64,000 nt of DNA, from positions 160,001 through 224,000 of the forward strand of contig CBDFJG010000002.1 in NCBI GenBank assembly GCA_965248445.1. The letters run 5' to 3'. Within the stretch, counting starts at the first letter, position 1, and each line of letters starts with the position of its first letter. A program made the translations under genes and the position numbers. The notes under the pieces are model-generated. The model saw only the letters and a list, made by a program, of their open reading frames with translations. It ran no database searches and was not told the DNA's origin. The DNA is from Planctomycetota bacterium. GTDB lineage: Bacteria; Planctomycetota; JAJSAM01; JAJVHW01. Shown here one piece after another: positions 64,000-64,000 of the stretch.

Positions 64000-64000
64000 G

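Overview
Very GC-rich, gene-dense bacterial chromosomal window. The lineage is probably Planctomycetota, inferred from gene content: a prenyltransferase/squalene-oxidase-repeat protein, prepilin-type proteins, a DUF1570-like HExxH protein, HEAT/TPR secreted proteins and TM-helix-repeat proteins. Left to right it holds an ArsR-methyltransferase (SahR-like) regulator coupled to metH (partial), hrpB, a long coiled-coil protein, sfsA, ETF-QO and yceH. Next comes a ~13 kb acyl-CoA catabolic region (acyl-CoA dehydrogenase, three crotonases, SDR, thioesterase, methylcrotonyl-CoA carboxylase with split alpha subunit, 3-hydroxyacyl-CoA dehydrogenase), then hflKC and two tandem TM-helix-repeat (MscS/CmpX-like) paralogs. 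After these are three tandem ~820-aa secreted paralogs (Lys-rich beta-sandwiches + ZU5-like + integrin-alpha/FG-GAP propeller), fetAB-like ABC genes, an FGE-sulfatase-fold protein, a type IV pilin/minor-pilin cluster, tatD, a lipase-like lipoprotein and a lipoprotein msrA. I saw no rRNA, tRNA, CRISPR array, transposase or phage genes. Most notable observations: the triplicated ZU5/integrin-like surface proteins, a palindromic REP-like repeat present both intergenically and in-frame inside a membrane-protein gene, a Cyc2-like heme motif fused to a helical domain, and a recurring leaderless-promoter pattern (TANNNT-N6-start). All family calls come from motif recognition by eye, without database searches.
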